A DNA stretch of 64,000 bases from a bacterium (lineage in GTDB: Bacteria; UBA8248). The stretch spans positions 3,136,001-3,200,000 of the forward strand of contig OZ244799.1 of the NCBI GenBank assembly GCA_965219955.1, written 5' to 3'. A model generated the notes under the pieces. The model did not search any database. It saw nothing but the letters and a program-made list of their open reading frames with translations, and was not told the DNA's origin. This document shows positions 1-9,017 of this stretch, in pieces (the stretch's first letter is position 1; each line of letters starts with the position of its first letter). A program made the position numbers and the translations under genes.

Positions 1-114
1 CAACTCGCCGAGGGCGCCGAGGGTTTCAAACATGCCGGGTTTCCCAAACGAAGGGTGGTGGCCGAAGCCGGCGACTCGGTGCAGCCGCCGGGAGCCCGCA
101 TCGAAACGGACTAG
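1..114 (+). CDS. 3' end of an unidentified CDS truncated by the window edge
   Basis: Frame 1 open from base 1 (QLAEGAEGFKHAGFP...IETD) to TAG at 112-114; product not recognisable. Confidence 0.4.
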   Translation, partial: QLAEGAEGFKHAGFPKRRVVAEAGDSVQPPGARIETD

Positions 115-403
115 GGGTTGTTGAAAAAATCCACAGAAGGAGCACGCTGGATTTCACTCCCCCCTTGAGGGTCTGGCTTCCCGAGGGGAAAGCCAGACGA
201 AGAGCTAAGGGCGTAAGCCCGCAGGCGATTCGGTGGGGGGTGTAATTCGGAATGGCGATAAAACGCATTACACCCCCCACCGCATCAGCCTTCGCAAAAA
301 CGCTCGGCTTCTGCGACTCCCCCTTAAGGGGGGAGTGATTTTTCTCTCTCGTCGGTCAGTTACATACGGCAAATCCAGTGTTCCAGGCTTTTTCAACAGA
401 CCC
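114..403. mobile_element. MITE-like shell 1 enclosing a REPIN-like palindrome
   Basis: GGGGTTGTTGAAAAA at 114 and TTTTTCAACAGACCC ending at 403; inner inverted arms GGAGCACGCTGGATTT / AAATCCAGTGTTCC. Confidence 0.55.
154..338. repeat. Palindromic dispersed repeat (REPIN-like), copy 1 of 3
   Basis: Ends TCACTCCCCCCTT...AAGGGGGGAGTGA; central hairpin GTGGGGGGTGTAAT/ATTACACCCCCCAC; close copies at 43487 and 59604. Confidence 0.9.
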
Positions 404-445
404 AACTCCCGGCGGTATGCAACGGTTCCGACGTGGCGCTTTCGC

Positions 446-1732
446 TTACATGGACTCCCACTTGAACGGGTGCTTGAACTTGGCGGAGGCGATCTTGCTC
501 GGGTAGATCACCTCCGGCACCACCTTGCCGTTCTTGATCTGGTTCTGCAAAGCGAGCCGCGTGCCGCCGACCTGCAGTCCGGAGTCGGGATGACCCAGCG
601 GGTTCACCCGGAAGCGTCCGAACACGGTGGCGCGATCGAGCGAGAACATGGCGTCGCGGATCGCCGAGCGATTCTCCACCGAGCCGGCCCGTTTGACCGC
701 CTCCTCGAGAATCTGACAGCCGCCGTATCCGGCCGCCGCGAGCCAGTCGGGCGCCTTGTTGTACTCCTTGGCAAAGGAGTCGACGAACTTCTTGTTGCCG
801 GGCCAGTCGGCCGTCGGGAGCCATTCGGTGTCGCTGCAATGCCAGGCCGCGTTCTTCCCGAGCGCCTGGTTGAAGTCCACGTGACCGAGAGCGGACATGT
901 ACCAGATCGCCTTGGGCGCCCATTTCAGCGAAAGGGCGGCCTTGGCAATCAGGATGGAGTCGGCCGAGTAGCCGCCGCCGCAGAGCACCTCGGCGCCGGC
1001 GTCCCGGGCCTTGCGGACCAGCGGCACCATGTCCTGAATCCCGATGGGATAGGCCTCGTCGAGAACGAGGTCGAGACCCGCGGCCTTGATCCGCTTGCGC
1101 ACGCCCTCCGCCGCGGCGATCGGCATCGCATCGTCGATGTGCAGCAGGGCGACCTTCTTCATCCCGGCGTTCTTGCACATCACTTCCATGCCGGCGAAGC
1201 GGTCGCGGCTCGGGACCATGAGCTGCACCTGCCAGTCGAGCTTCTGGCCCAGCCATATCTTCTGGCTGGAGGCGGTGGCGCTGACGGTAGGAATCTTCGC
1301 CGCGGCGACGATGGGCCGCACCGCCAGGTTGATGGAGCTGGCGTAGGGGCCGAGCAGCAGGTCGACCTTCTGGTTGTGGATGAGATGAAGCATGAGCCGC
1401 GCGCCCTGGGTGGGGTCGCTCGTATCGTCGAGAACGGTCAGCTCGACCTTGCGCCCGTTGATGAGCCCGGGCTCGCTGTGCGGGAGTTTCTCGTTGCCGT
1501 AGCTGTAGCCCTTCTCGTTGATGTGCTTGGCCCAAAGCTTGTAGCCTTCGACACAGTACAGCGCCTCGCGGGAATACCGCCCGGTGAGCGGCATCGGGCA
1601 GCCGATCTTGATGGGCTTCGCGGCGCGGGCCGATGTCAGGATTCCCGGCGCCGCCAGGGTACCCAGGCCGGCCAAAGAACCAGCGGTCGAATACTTCAGG
1701 AACTCGCGTCTCGTGATCGTGCTCTTGGACAT
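446..1732 (-). CDS. Branched-chain amino acid-type (LivJ-like) ABC substrate-binding protein, Tat-exported
   Basis: Twin-arginine signal TRREFLK; PIKIG..PLTG and LLGPYAS motifs; GGAGG RBS before ATG 1732. Confidence 0.85.
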   Translation of the reverse strand: MSKSTITRREFLKYSTAGSLAGLGTLAAPGILTSARAAKPIKIGCPMPLTGRYSREALYCVEGYKLWAKHINEKGYSYGNEKLPHSEPGLINGRKVELTVLDDTSDPTQGARLMLHLIHNQKVDLLLGPYASSINLAVRPIVAAAKIPTVSATASSQKIWLGQKLDWQVQLMVPSRDRFAGMEVMCKNAGMKKVALLHIDDAMPIAAAEGVRKRIKAAGLDLVLDEAYPIGIQDMVPLVRKARDAGAEVLCGGGYSADSILIAKAALSLKWAPKAIWYMSALGHVDFNQALGKNAAWHCSDTEWLPTADWPGNKKFVDSFAKEYNKAPDWLAAAGYGGCQILEEAVKRAGSVENRSAIRDAMFSLDRATVFGRFRVNPLGHPDSGLQVGGTRLALQNQIKNGKVVPEVIYPSKIASAKFKHPFKWESM

Positions 1733-1943
1733 TTCTGTTCCTCCCTGATGGGTGCGATTGGACCGTTGCGCTTTGCGGGCCATCACCGACGGACGTTCGA
1801 ACGAGCGGCATCGCGAGCGGACGATCTCTCACGCCGCAATTCAAACGCCGAGCGGTTCGTTACGCCCCGCACGATGGATTATAAAGCCGGTATGGATACC
1901 CCATGCTACCACCGGGACCCCTCCGAAGCAAACAAAAGCTCAG

Positions 1944-2324
1944 GGGGTTGTTGAAAAAGCCTCCCTCGCTCGGAATTGGCCACTGTCGTCATTCCGGTAA
2001 TCAATGCCGACCGGGGAGGGATTGACACGATGGTTTTGTAGGGACAGGCCTCCGTGCCTGTCCTCACGAAGGACAACCACGAAAGGCAGGACAGGCACGG
2101 AGGCTTGTCCCTACGGCGAACAATCTCGAAGGTCGGATAGGACTTTTCAACAGCCCCGATGAATGAGCGTTTGCTCCCGCCCGGCGCGAGGCGTTCGATT
2201 CCCCTCGCCCTTCGATACAAACGCTCCTTTCTCAGTCGCGTTTTACTTTTGGCGGCTACTCAGGGTGAGGAAAGAGGTGTTGGCGGTTTGCAGGGGTCGC
2301 AGACGAGGCTTTTTCAACAGTCCC
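1944..2324. mobile_element. MITE-like shell 2 enclosing a GTAG-type REP pair
   Basis: GGGGTTGTTGAAAAAGCCTC (1944-1963) pairs with GAGGCTTTTTCAACAGTCCC (2305-2324); a further right end at 2144-2157. Confidence 0.55.
2038..2114. repeat. GTAG-type REP doublet (REPIN)
   Basis: GTAGGGACAGGCCTCCGTGCCTGTCC ... GGACAGGCACGGAGGCTTGTCCCTAC. Confidence 0.85.
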
Positions 2325-2521
2325 GGCGCATGCGAATTTCCCAATCTTGCGCTTCATCGGCGAATTAGGTAACATTTTTCCACATCATTTCTTCTTTATA
2401 CCTGAAACAAATTCGAATATCTGAGAGCGGAGTTCCGCGTTCAGCACGTCTCCGTATGGGGGTGAGTGCGTATTTGTGGGTTTTCACTCACCAAAACGTA
2501 GTCAACAGGAGGACTTGCGAT

Positions 2522-3562
2522 ATGAGGTGCGCGTGGAAACGAATCAATATCATCATGCTCGTTGCGGTTGTGACGGTCTGGACCGTTGGCGCAGGCGTCT
2601 CGGAAGCGGCCAGGCACAAACTCGTCGTGGGTTCGGGCGGCGGCAACATCGGGGCGCCCATCCACGTCGCCAAGGTGAAGGGGTACTTCACGCAAGAAGA
2701 CCTTGCGATCGAACACAAGATATTCTCCTCCGGCGCGGCCATGGTCGAGGCGCTCGCGGCGGGCGGCGTCGAGCTGGGCCACTCGGGGGATCTGCCGTTC
2801 GTCTCGCTGGCCGCCGCCAACGTGCCCGCATGCATCATCGCCCAGAACGGTCAGGACAAGGACTACCTCGAGATTTTCGTCGGCAAAGACCTGGGGATGA
2901 CGAAACCCACCGACTTCTACGGGAAAAAAGTCGGGTTGCGGTTTGCATCCGCGGCCCACATTCTGTGGATCAATTTTCTGCAAAAATACAACCTGGACGC
3001 CAAAAAGATACGGGTGGTGAACCTGACGCCGAACGATCTCATCGCCGCCTACAAGAACAAGGACGTGGACGGCGGGGTGGTCTGGTATCCGCACCTGACG
3101 ACCGCGGAGCAGGTCCGCCCGACGCATTTCGCGCATTCCCAGTTGCTCAACAAGTTCGGCAAAATGGCGAAGCCCGCCAACATCCACCTTTCCTTCACCC
3201 TCATCAGCGCGCGGAAAGTGGCGCTCAAGAACAAGCCGGACGCCATGAAGGCGTATATGCGGGCGATGCTGAAGTCCTACCGGTTCATGAACGATTCGGG
3301 AAATCGCGCGGAGTTTCTGAAAATCCTGGGCAAGGCGTACAAGATGTCCGCTCCCGCGATGAAACCCATTCTTGACAACACTTTCTACAGGCTTGAGATT
3401 ACGGATGAAATGGTGAACGCCGAGCAGGCGGTGGCCAATAACATGAAAAGGGTCGGCAGGAAGCTCAAAAGAACGCCGAACATGAGAGAATTCGTCTATA
3501 CGGATCTCCTGAAGTCGGTCGCGAAGGATCTGGCGAAGACCGAAGGGGCCTGCAAGCTTTAG
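2522..3562 (+). CDS. Nitrate/sulfonate/taurine-type (SsuA/NMT1-like) ABC substrate-binding protein
   Basis: Signal peptide; KGYF..EDL, GKKVG and VDGGVVWYP motifs; AGGAGG RBS; leads ATPase and permease genes. Confidence 0.85.
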   Translation: MRCAWKRINIIMLVAVVTVWTVGAGVSEAARHKLVVGSGGGNIGAPIHVAKVKGYFTQEDLAIEHKIFSSGAAMVEALAAGGVELGHSGDLPFVSLAAANVPACIIAQNGQDKDYLEIFVGKDLGMTKPTDFYGKKVGLRFASAAHILWINFLQKYNLDAKKIRVVNLTPNDLIAAYKNKDVDGGVVWYPHLTTAEQVRPTHFAHSQLLNKFGKMAKPANIHLSFTLISARKVALKNKPDAMKAYMRAMLKSYRFMNDSGNRAEFLKILGKAYKMSAPAMKPILDNTFYRLEITDEMVNAEQAVANNMKRVGRKLKRTPNMREFVYTDLLKSVAKDLAKTEGACKL

Positions 3563-3614
3563 GGGGACAGTCTCACTTTACCGGTTTGGGGTGTCTGTAT
3601 CGTGAACTTCCGAT

Positions 3615-4427
3615 ATGACGGTTAATCTTCAGGTAAATCGGGTCTCGAAAGAATTCGTCGACCGGCGCGCCAAGTCTAAGGTGCGGGCGCTGGACGAAAT
3701 AAACCTCGAGGTCCAAAAAGGCGAAGTCATCTGCATCCTCGGTCCCAGCGGATGCGGAAAATCCACCCTCCTGAACATCGTCGCGGGATTCCTCCCCCCC
3801 TCGGGGGGGGAGGTCCGCGTCGACGGGCGTCCGGTGGTCGAGCCGGGACCCGACCGGGGTTTCGTCTTCCAGGAATTCGCCCTTTTCCCCTGGCGGACGG
3901 TGCTCGAAAATATCGAATTCGGTCCTGTCCTGAAGGGGATGGAAAAGGCCGACAGGCACGCCCGCGCGCGGGAGCTCATCCAGCGCATCCACCTTACGGG
4001 ATTCGAGGACAAATACCCTTTCGAGCTTTCGGGCGGAATGAAGCAGCGCGTCGGGATCGCCCGGGCGCTGGCGAACGACCCCGAAGTGTTGCTGATGGAC
4101 GAACCTTTTGGCGCACTGGACGCCCAGACGCGCCGGGTGATGCAGGAAGAGCTCCTGAAGCTTCTCGGTGAAACGGAGAAAACCGTCCTCTTCGTGACCC
4201 ACGCCATCGACGAGGCCATCGTTCTGGCCGACCGGGTGCTGATCATGACGGCCCGCCCGGGCCAGGTGAAGGCTCTTCTCGGCGTCGACCTCCCCCGTCC
4301 CCGGGAGAGGACTTCTCCCGAATTCAACGAACTCTACCGGACGATGGACGACCTCATCCGGGTCGAGGTGGAGAAGGCGTCGGAAGTGCAGGATTCGGAT
4401 TCCGCGGCTTCGGGAGAGGACGCATGA
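3615..4427 (+). CDS. ABC ATP-binding protein (SsuB/TauB-like)
   Basis: Walker A GPSGCGKST, signature LSGGMKQ, Walker B LLMDEPF, VTH switch. Confidence 0.95.
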   Translation: MTVNLQVNRVSKEFVDRRAKSKVRALDEINLEVQKGEVICILGPSGCGKSTLLNIVAGFLPPSGGEVRVDGRPVVEPGPDRGFVFQEFALFPWRTVLENIEFGPVLKGMEKADRHARARELIQRIHLTGFEDKYPFELSGGMKQRVGIARALANDPEVLLMDEPFGALDAQTRRVMQEELLKLLGETEKTVLFVTHAIDEAIVLADRVLIMTARPGQVKALLGVDLPRPRERTSPEFNELYRTMDDLIRVEVEKASEVQDSDSAASGEDA

Positions 4428-5194
4428 ACAGAAAAATGGCGACGCGCGCCGCCTCCATCGGCGGATTGGTTACCCTCTGGTTCGTGGTCACGCATTACAA
4501 GCTGGTCAATCCGCTCTTCCTGCCGCCGCCCAGGGAAGTCTGGGAGGGAGCGGTCGATCTTTTCCAGGCGGGTGAGTTGCGGGAGCACATTACCGCCAGC
4601 CTCTGGCGGATGTTCATGGGTTTCGTCGTCGGTTCCTTTACCGGCGTGGTCATCGGAATCCTGATGGGCCAGTTCCGCCTCTTCCACGCGGCCGTGGGGC
4701 CACTGGTCGAAATCATCCGGCCCATTCCCGGCCTGGCCTGGATCCCGGTGGCCCTTATCTGGTTCGGCATCGAAGACGCCTCCAAGGTATTCATCATATC
4801 CATGGGCGTGTTCCTCGCCGTCGTCACCAATACCTTCGTGGGGGTCCGCTCGCTGGACCCCGTTCTGGTGCGCGCCGCGCGCAGCCTGGGGGCCAACCGC
4901 CGGGACGTTTTCTTCCGCGTGGTTCTTCCCGGAACCCTCCCTCACATCTTCACCGGTTTCCGGCTGGGCGTTCAGGTCTCCTTCGCCCTGCTGGTTGCGG
5001 CGGAGCTGGTGGGTTCCACGTCGGGCCTTGGGTTCCTGATCCAGGACGCCCGGAATTATTTCCGCGGGGATCTGGTCATCCTGGGCATGGCCGTCATCGG
5101 CGCCCTGGGATTCAGCATCACGCGCCTCGTGGAAATCGCGGAGAGGTGGTTTCTCCACTGGCATTCCACGAGCCGGGAAGGCGCTTTCTACTAG
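4424..5194 (+). CDS. ABC permease (SsuC/TauC-like)
   Basis: Hydrophobic; RPIP.LAWIP; EAA-like AARSLGA; LVAAEL. Confidence 0.92.
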   Translation: MNRKMATRAASIGGLVTLWFVVTHYKLVNPLFLPPPREVWEGAVDLFQAGELREHITASLWRMFMGFVVGSFTGVVIGILMGQFRLFHAAVGPLVEIIRPIPGLAWIPVALIWFGIEDASKVFIISMGVFLAVVTNTFVGVRSLDPVLVRAARSLGANRRDVFFRVVLPGTLPHIFTGFRLGVQVSFALLVAAELVGSTSGLGFLIQDARNYFRGDLVILGMAVIGALGFSITRLVEIAERWFLHWHSTSREGAFY

Positions 5195-5202
5195 GAGAGA
5201 CC

Positions 5203-5976
5203 TTGCAAACGCAATCCGTGTCGGGCCGCTTTGGAATATCCGCCGTCTCGGTGGCGGGGTTCGTCGTCCTCTGGCAGCTCTCCGTCACCCTCGGGCTGGT
5301 GGACCCGCTCATCCTGCCCTCCCCCTGGATGGCCATCCAGTCCGGGATCAGGCGCGCCGAGGGAGGTGAGCTCCTTCACCACATCATCGCCTCGGTGCTT
5401 CGCATCACCGAGGGGTTCTTCCTGGGCTCCGCCCTGGGCGTCGTGATCGGCTTGCTCATGGGGCAGGTCCGAATCATCGGCGATGCGCTCGAGCCGATCG
5501 TGGACATATTCCGGCAGATACCCGAGGTCGCGTGGATTCCCCTCGCCATCCTGATGTTCCAGATGGGGGAGGGCTCCAAGGTATTCATCATCACCTACGG
5601 CGCACTGTTTCCCGCCATCATCTGCACCTTCGACGGCGTCAGGATGACCGAGCCCGCCATCATCCGCGCGGCGCGCTCGCTGGGCGCGAGCCGGAGCCAG
5701 CTTTTCTGGCGGGTCACCCTGCCCGCCACCCTGCCCCACATCATGACCGGGCTGTGGATCGGACTCGGCTATGCTTTCCGCGGGCTCATCGCGGCCGAGT
5801 TGGCGGGGGCGCAGGAGGGAATCGGGTTCATGATCATGCTGGCGCGCGAAGACAACCTGACCGCGGACGCTTTCATGGGCATGGCGCTCATCGGGGTGAT
5901 TGGCTTTTGCGCCATCTACGGCCTGGGCGCGGTCCGCAACCACGTTCTCCGCTGGCACGAGAGCACGCAGGAATAA
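5203..5976 (+). CDS. Second ABC permease (SsuC/TauC-like)
   Basis: Same motifs as the preceding permease; TTG start after AGGAGA. Confidence 0.9.
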   Translation: MQTQSVSGRFGISAVSVAGFVVLWQLSVTLGLVDPLILPSPWMAIQSGIRRAEGGELLHHIIASVLRITEGFFLGSALGVVIGLLMGQVRIIGDALEPIVDIFRQIPEVAWIPLAILMFQMGEGSKVFIITYGALFPAIICTFDGVRMTEPAIIRAARSLGASRSQLFWRVTLPATLPHIMTGLWIGLGYAFRGLIAAELAGAQEGIGFMIMLAREDNLTADAFMGMALIGVIGFCAIYGLGAVRNHVLRWHESTQE

Positions 5977-6079
5977 GGTTTTTCATCCGGGCGCAGCGGC
6001 AGGACCCGCCGGGAGAAAGGCGCGCGCAATAAGCCCCGCTCAGGAGCGAGAGAAAGAGGTACGGCCGTCCGGATTGTGC

Positions 6080-6381
6080 GTGATTGCTAGATGAACCCGG
6101 CGACGGTGCCTTTCGCCGCGTCCAGGAAGCTGCCCGGGAAGATGCCCAGCAGAAGCGTCCCCACCACCAGCACCACCATCGCGAAGAAGAGCGAGGGCGC
6201 GCTCGAGAGGCTCATCACCTCCTGGGTCTCGCCCCGGTTCTCCATGTACAACACCATGATGATGCGCCCGTAGTAGTACATCGAGACCGCGCTCATCACG
6301 AGCCCGATGGCGGCGAGCCAGTAGTACTCGTTCTGCACCGCCGCGGCGAACAGGTAGAGTTTGCCCACGAAGCCGGCTGTC
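6080..6381 (-). pseudogene. nuoN: Orphaned duplicate of the nuoN2 3' end (att-like direct repeat)
   Basis: Matches 10547-10848 with 6 mismatches, all at third codon positions; no 5' part of the gene. Confidence 0.95.
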
Positions 6382-6763
6382 ACTTCACAAACGTCTGGCT
6401 CGTCCGTCTTGACACCCAATCGCCCGGATGCCACGGTGCTCATGCGACACGTAAACACGGGTTTGGGAATGTGCAAGGGCTCCCTATAATTCGGGGTCCG
6501 TCCTGTTCGGACAAACTCCCTCCATTCCAAATACCGGCTCATACGGTGACGGTGCGAATTATGACCGAGAGTTATCTCTGGTATTTGCATCCTTGGTAGG
6601 ACTGCATTTTCTCGTTTGCATGTTCGCCGTGGTCGTGGGCCTCGTCTGTTGGATGTTGAAAAAGCAGAAGAATCCCCTCTCTGCCATTCAGGCCCAAACT
6701 GGCCAGATCGGAACTTTATGGAAGCTGCGGTTCTGAGTACCTAATATTCGAGGAAAAAACTTA

Positions 6764-7384
6764 ATGAGTGAGAATGATACATTCGGAGAAATCCTAAATC
6801 AGGAAATCCGGTGGCCCCTCCCGGGCGATGATCCGTTCGCGCCATCTTACGGATTGACAAGCGTCACCATTCCCGAAAATGAGCTCCCGCGCTTTTACAT
6901 GATGTTGATAGGTTACGAAGAAGCGGCAAATCATCTTGTCGATATAGCCCTTGAGAACAGGCACAGGAGAGAAGCTCTTATTTTCCCGATTTTGTTCCTG
7001 TATAGGCATTATATCGAGCTTCAACTCAAATATTTCATCAGCACCTATGGCCGTCACGCTGGAATTGAGCCCGTGTGGAAAACACATGATCTGACTATTC
7101 TGTGGCGTCGGTTCAAAGAGATTCTCGATGAGTTTGTGGGGGAGGATCAGGACCCAGACGATGCGGATACGACTGTCGAAAATATCGTTGCGCAATTCGC
7201 CAAAATGGATCCGCGCTCATTTTCCTACCGCTACCCTTGCGACAAAAAAGGACGTCCCGTGCCGATTGCCTATAACAATTTAGATCTGGAAACCCTCAAA
7301 GATGTAATGGGTGGCTTATCCGCTTATTTTGGCGGTTGTGAGGGCTATTTTGATAATTTGGTTTCAGCAGAACCACACCCTTAA
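6764..7384 (+). CDS. Hypothetical protein, HEPN-like
   Basis: GAGGA RBS; LFLYRHYIELQLK...THDL..LW...YRYP resembles the HEPN E-x-x-L-K / HDL / RY pattern. Confidence 0.6.
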   Translation: MSENDTFGEILNQEIRWPLPGDDPFAPSYGLTSVTIPENELPRFYMMLIGYEEAANHLVDIALENRHRREALIFPILFLYRHYIELQLKYFISTYGRHAGIEPVWKTHDLTILWRRFKEILDEFVGEDQDPDDADTTVENIVAQFAKMDPRSFSYRYPCDKKGRPVPIAYNNLDLETLKDVMGGLSAYFGGCEGYFDNLVSAEPHP

Positions 7385-7486
7385 TAATCGCCACAACTCT
7401 CAGTTGGAGAACAAGGCAATGGCAGACATGTATCAGGGAATTCTTATGAAATTAACATATATGGACATCATTGCATTATCGTATGA

Positions 7487-7621
7487 GCCAAACATCTGCA
7501 TGTGGTACTGAAAGTCGGGCCGCCTGCTGAATACAAAACCGCTCCCAGCGGGAATAGGCAGGGTCTCACCCAAAACGTGCAGATGTTTGGCGACCGACCC
7601 GGCCTTACAGGAAGGTCAGGG
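7487..7621 (+). ncRNA. Candidate structured RNA or leader upstream of the lipoprotein gene
   Basis: 17-bp stem 7487-7503 / 7575-7591 (one G-U), nested stems, second hairpin 7598-7621. Confidence 0.3.
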
Positions 7622-7642
7622 CAACTCTAAGGAGAAGTCGTC

Positions 7643-9016
7643 ATGTTCGCCAAACGCATTACAGCGGTTCTTTCCCTGTTGGTTTTCGCGTTCGGTTGTG
7701 GCGGCGGTTCGATGAAAAACGAACTGCCGGTTCAGAATTACTCAAGGCCAGCTTACCGGAACCCGAATTACCATCCCTATTTAACGCCATCCCATGTTTA
7801 CTGGTGGGAGAACACAATATATGTGGGCGGCGACGTTGAGCCTCGCGAGAAGTTGCGTCGTGTCGGGACTTTTGACGGGATCAATGTTTCTTTAGGAGCC
7901 TCGCGTGATGGCGTCGGGGTAGACCGACTGAGAAAATACGATCGCGATTTGAGAACCGATTCACGTAATGGATTCTATCCATTCAGGGCGCCTCCAAAGA
8001 TTTGGCTTGAAGATGATTTTTACAGACTTCTCAGGGCAAATAATGGAAAAGCGGAAGGTCTTCTGCAAGCATTGTTCGGGAGCGTTCAGATTCTCAACGA
8101 TGCCCTTCCACCTGAATTTCAAATCGACTTCACTTCTGAAGATTCACACCAGGTAGAGGGAACAATCGCTATCGCATTTCGTTCCCCTGGAAGTATTGCG
8201 GATATTTGTGGTATCGCTGGTGCTGTCGCATGCGCATCATCGGATATTTCAAATTTGAGCAATAAGACGAATACAGCCGTTATCTATCTTCCCGACAACC
8301 TGGACACATCGAAAACACAAACAACCCAAACGATTATACTTCATGAACTTTTACACGCTCTTGGCATTCAGGGTCATTTGGACAGCATCGAATTTCCTGA
8401 TTCACTTATGGGCGCATACGGCGATTTTTTCCCGAACCCAGGGTTCGTGTTACACCGCATTGATCGAGAGATTTTACAAATTATGTACATGTCCCAACGG
8501 ACAGACGATTACAATGATTGGGGAGAGTGGAGCGATACGACCCTGCACCTGGTCGGGGAGTCTGTCGATGGGCACGTGAACTTCGGGGTGGCGCTGTTCA
8601 ACGGATTGCCTCAACCTTGGGCGCGTGGCGTGGCGCCTCGAAGTATACTGAGTTCCGAAGTAAAACCATCTTACTTGATCGGGTCCGTTTCGTGGAAAGG
8701 CTCCTTGTTGGGGTTCTCGGGAATATCTCCGGTTTACGGAGAAACTACGCTCACTGTTGATATGGATAACCTTGATGACGAACAAAACCTGAGTTTCAGG
8801 AACCTGTTCTTCCTGAGTCGGTTCGAGGAAAGCGGAGCCGAAAGATGGTTCCCTACTCGAAACATAAGCTACAAGGTGAAGATGGCACAGCAAGGATTTT
8901 ATCGTTCCGAAGATGACGGCCAGATTACAGGCGTCTTCCTCGGCCCAAAACATGAGGGCATGGCAGGGACCATCAAGCGCACAGATCTGGTCGGCGCGTT
9001 TGGGGGGAAACGATAA
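7643..9016 (+). CDS. Lipoprotein with zinc-metalloprotease motif and C-terminal TbpB-like beta-barrel
   Basis: AAGGAG RBS; lipobox AFG-C; HELLHALGIQGH; C-terminus G.F.GP..E.MAG...GAFGGKR. Confidence 0.75.
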   Translation: MFAKRITAVLSLLVFAFGCGGGSMKNELPVQNYSRPAYRNPNYHPYLTPSHVYWWENTIYVGGDVEPREKLRRVGTFDGINVSLGASRDGVGVDRLRKYDRDLRTDSRNGFYPFRAPPKIWLEDDFYRLLRANNGKAEGLLQALFGSVQILNDALPPEFQIDFTSEDSHQVEGTIAIAFRSPGSIADICGIAGAVACASSDISNLSNKTNTAVIYLPDNLDTSKTQTTQTIILHELLHALGIQGHLDSIEFPDSLMGAYGDFFPNPGFVLHRIDREILQIMYMSQRTDDYNDWGEWSDTTLHLVGESVDGHVNFGVALFNGLPQPWARGVAPRSILSSEVKPSYLIGSVSWKGSLLGFSGISPVYGETTLTVDMDNLDDEQNLSFRNLFFLSRFEESGAERWFPTRNISYKVKMAQQGFYRSEDDGQITGVFLGPKHEGMAGTIKRTDLVGAFGGKR

Positions 9017-9017
9017 A

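Noticed and set aside
154-338. Recurrent palindromes as a CRISPR array
   Set aside because: Copies are dispersed over tens of kb, with no repeat-spacer periodicity and no cas genes.
233-1954. ORFs starting MGG(V/I)IRxGxKTxxTPHR here, at 43545 and at 59662, suggesting a peptide family
   Set aside because: They are translations of the dispersed palindromic repeat; continuations are unrelated or antisense to real genes.
2166-2226. GTTCGATTC T-loop-like hairpin inside a GAGCGTTTG/CAAACGCTC stem, as a tRNA
   Set aside because: No D-arm, anticodon arm or CCA end; it lies inside repeat shell 2.
6087-6590. 167-aa ORF as a novel NuoN fusion
   Set aside because: Its N-terminal ~70 aa are chance read-in from island DNA with no RBS; the rest is the orphaned nuoN tail, too short to be the extra antiporter subunit.
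7487-7591. Integron attC site or c-di-GMP-I riboswitch
   Set aside because: Ends deviate from RYYYAAC/GTTRRRY, there are no extrahelical bases or unpaired spacer, and no other cassettes or intI. Riboswitch motifs match only in scattered fragments. Kept as an unclassified structure.
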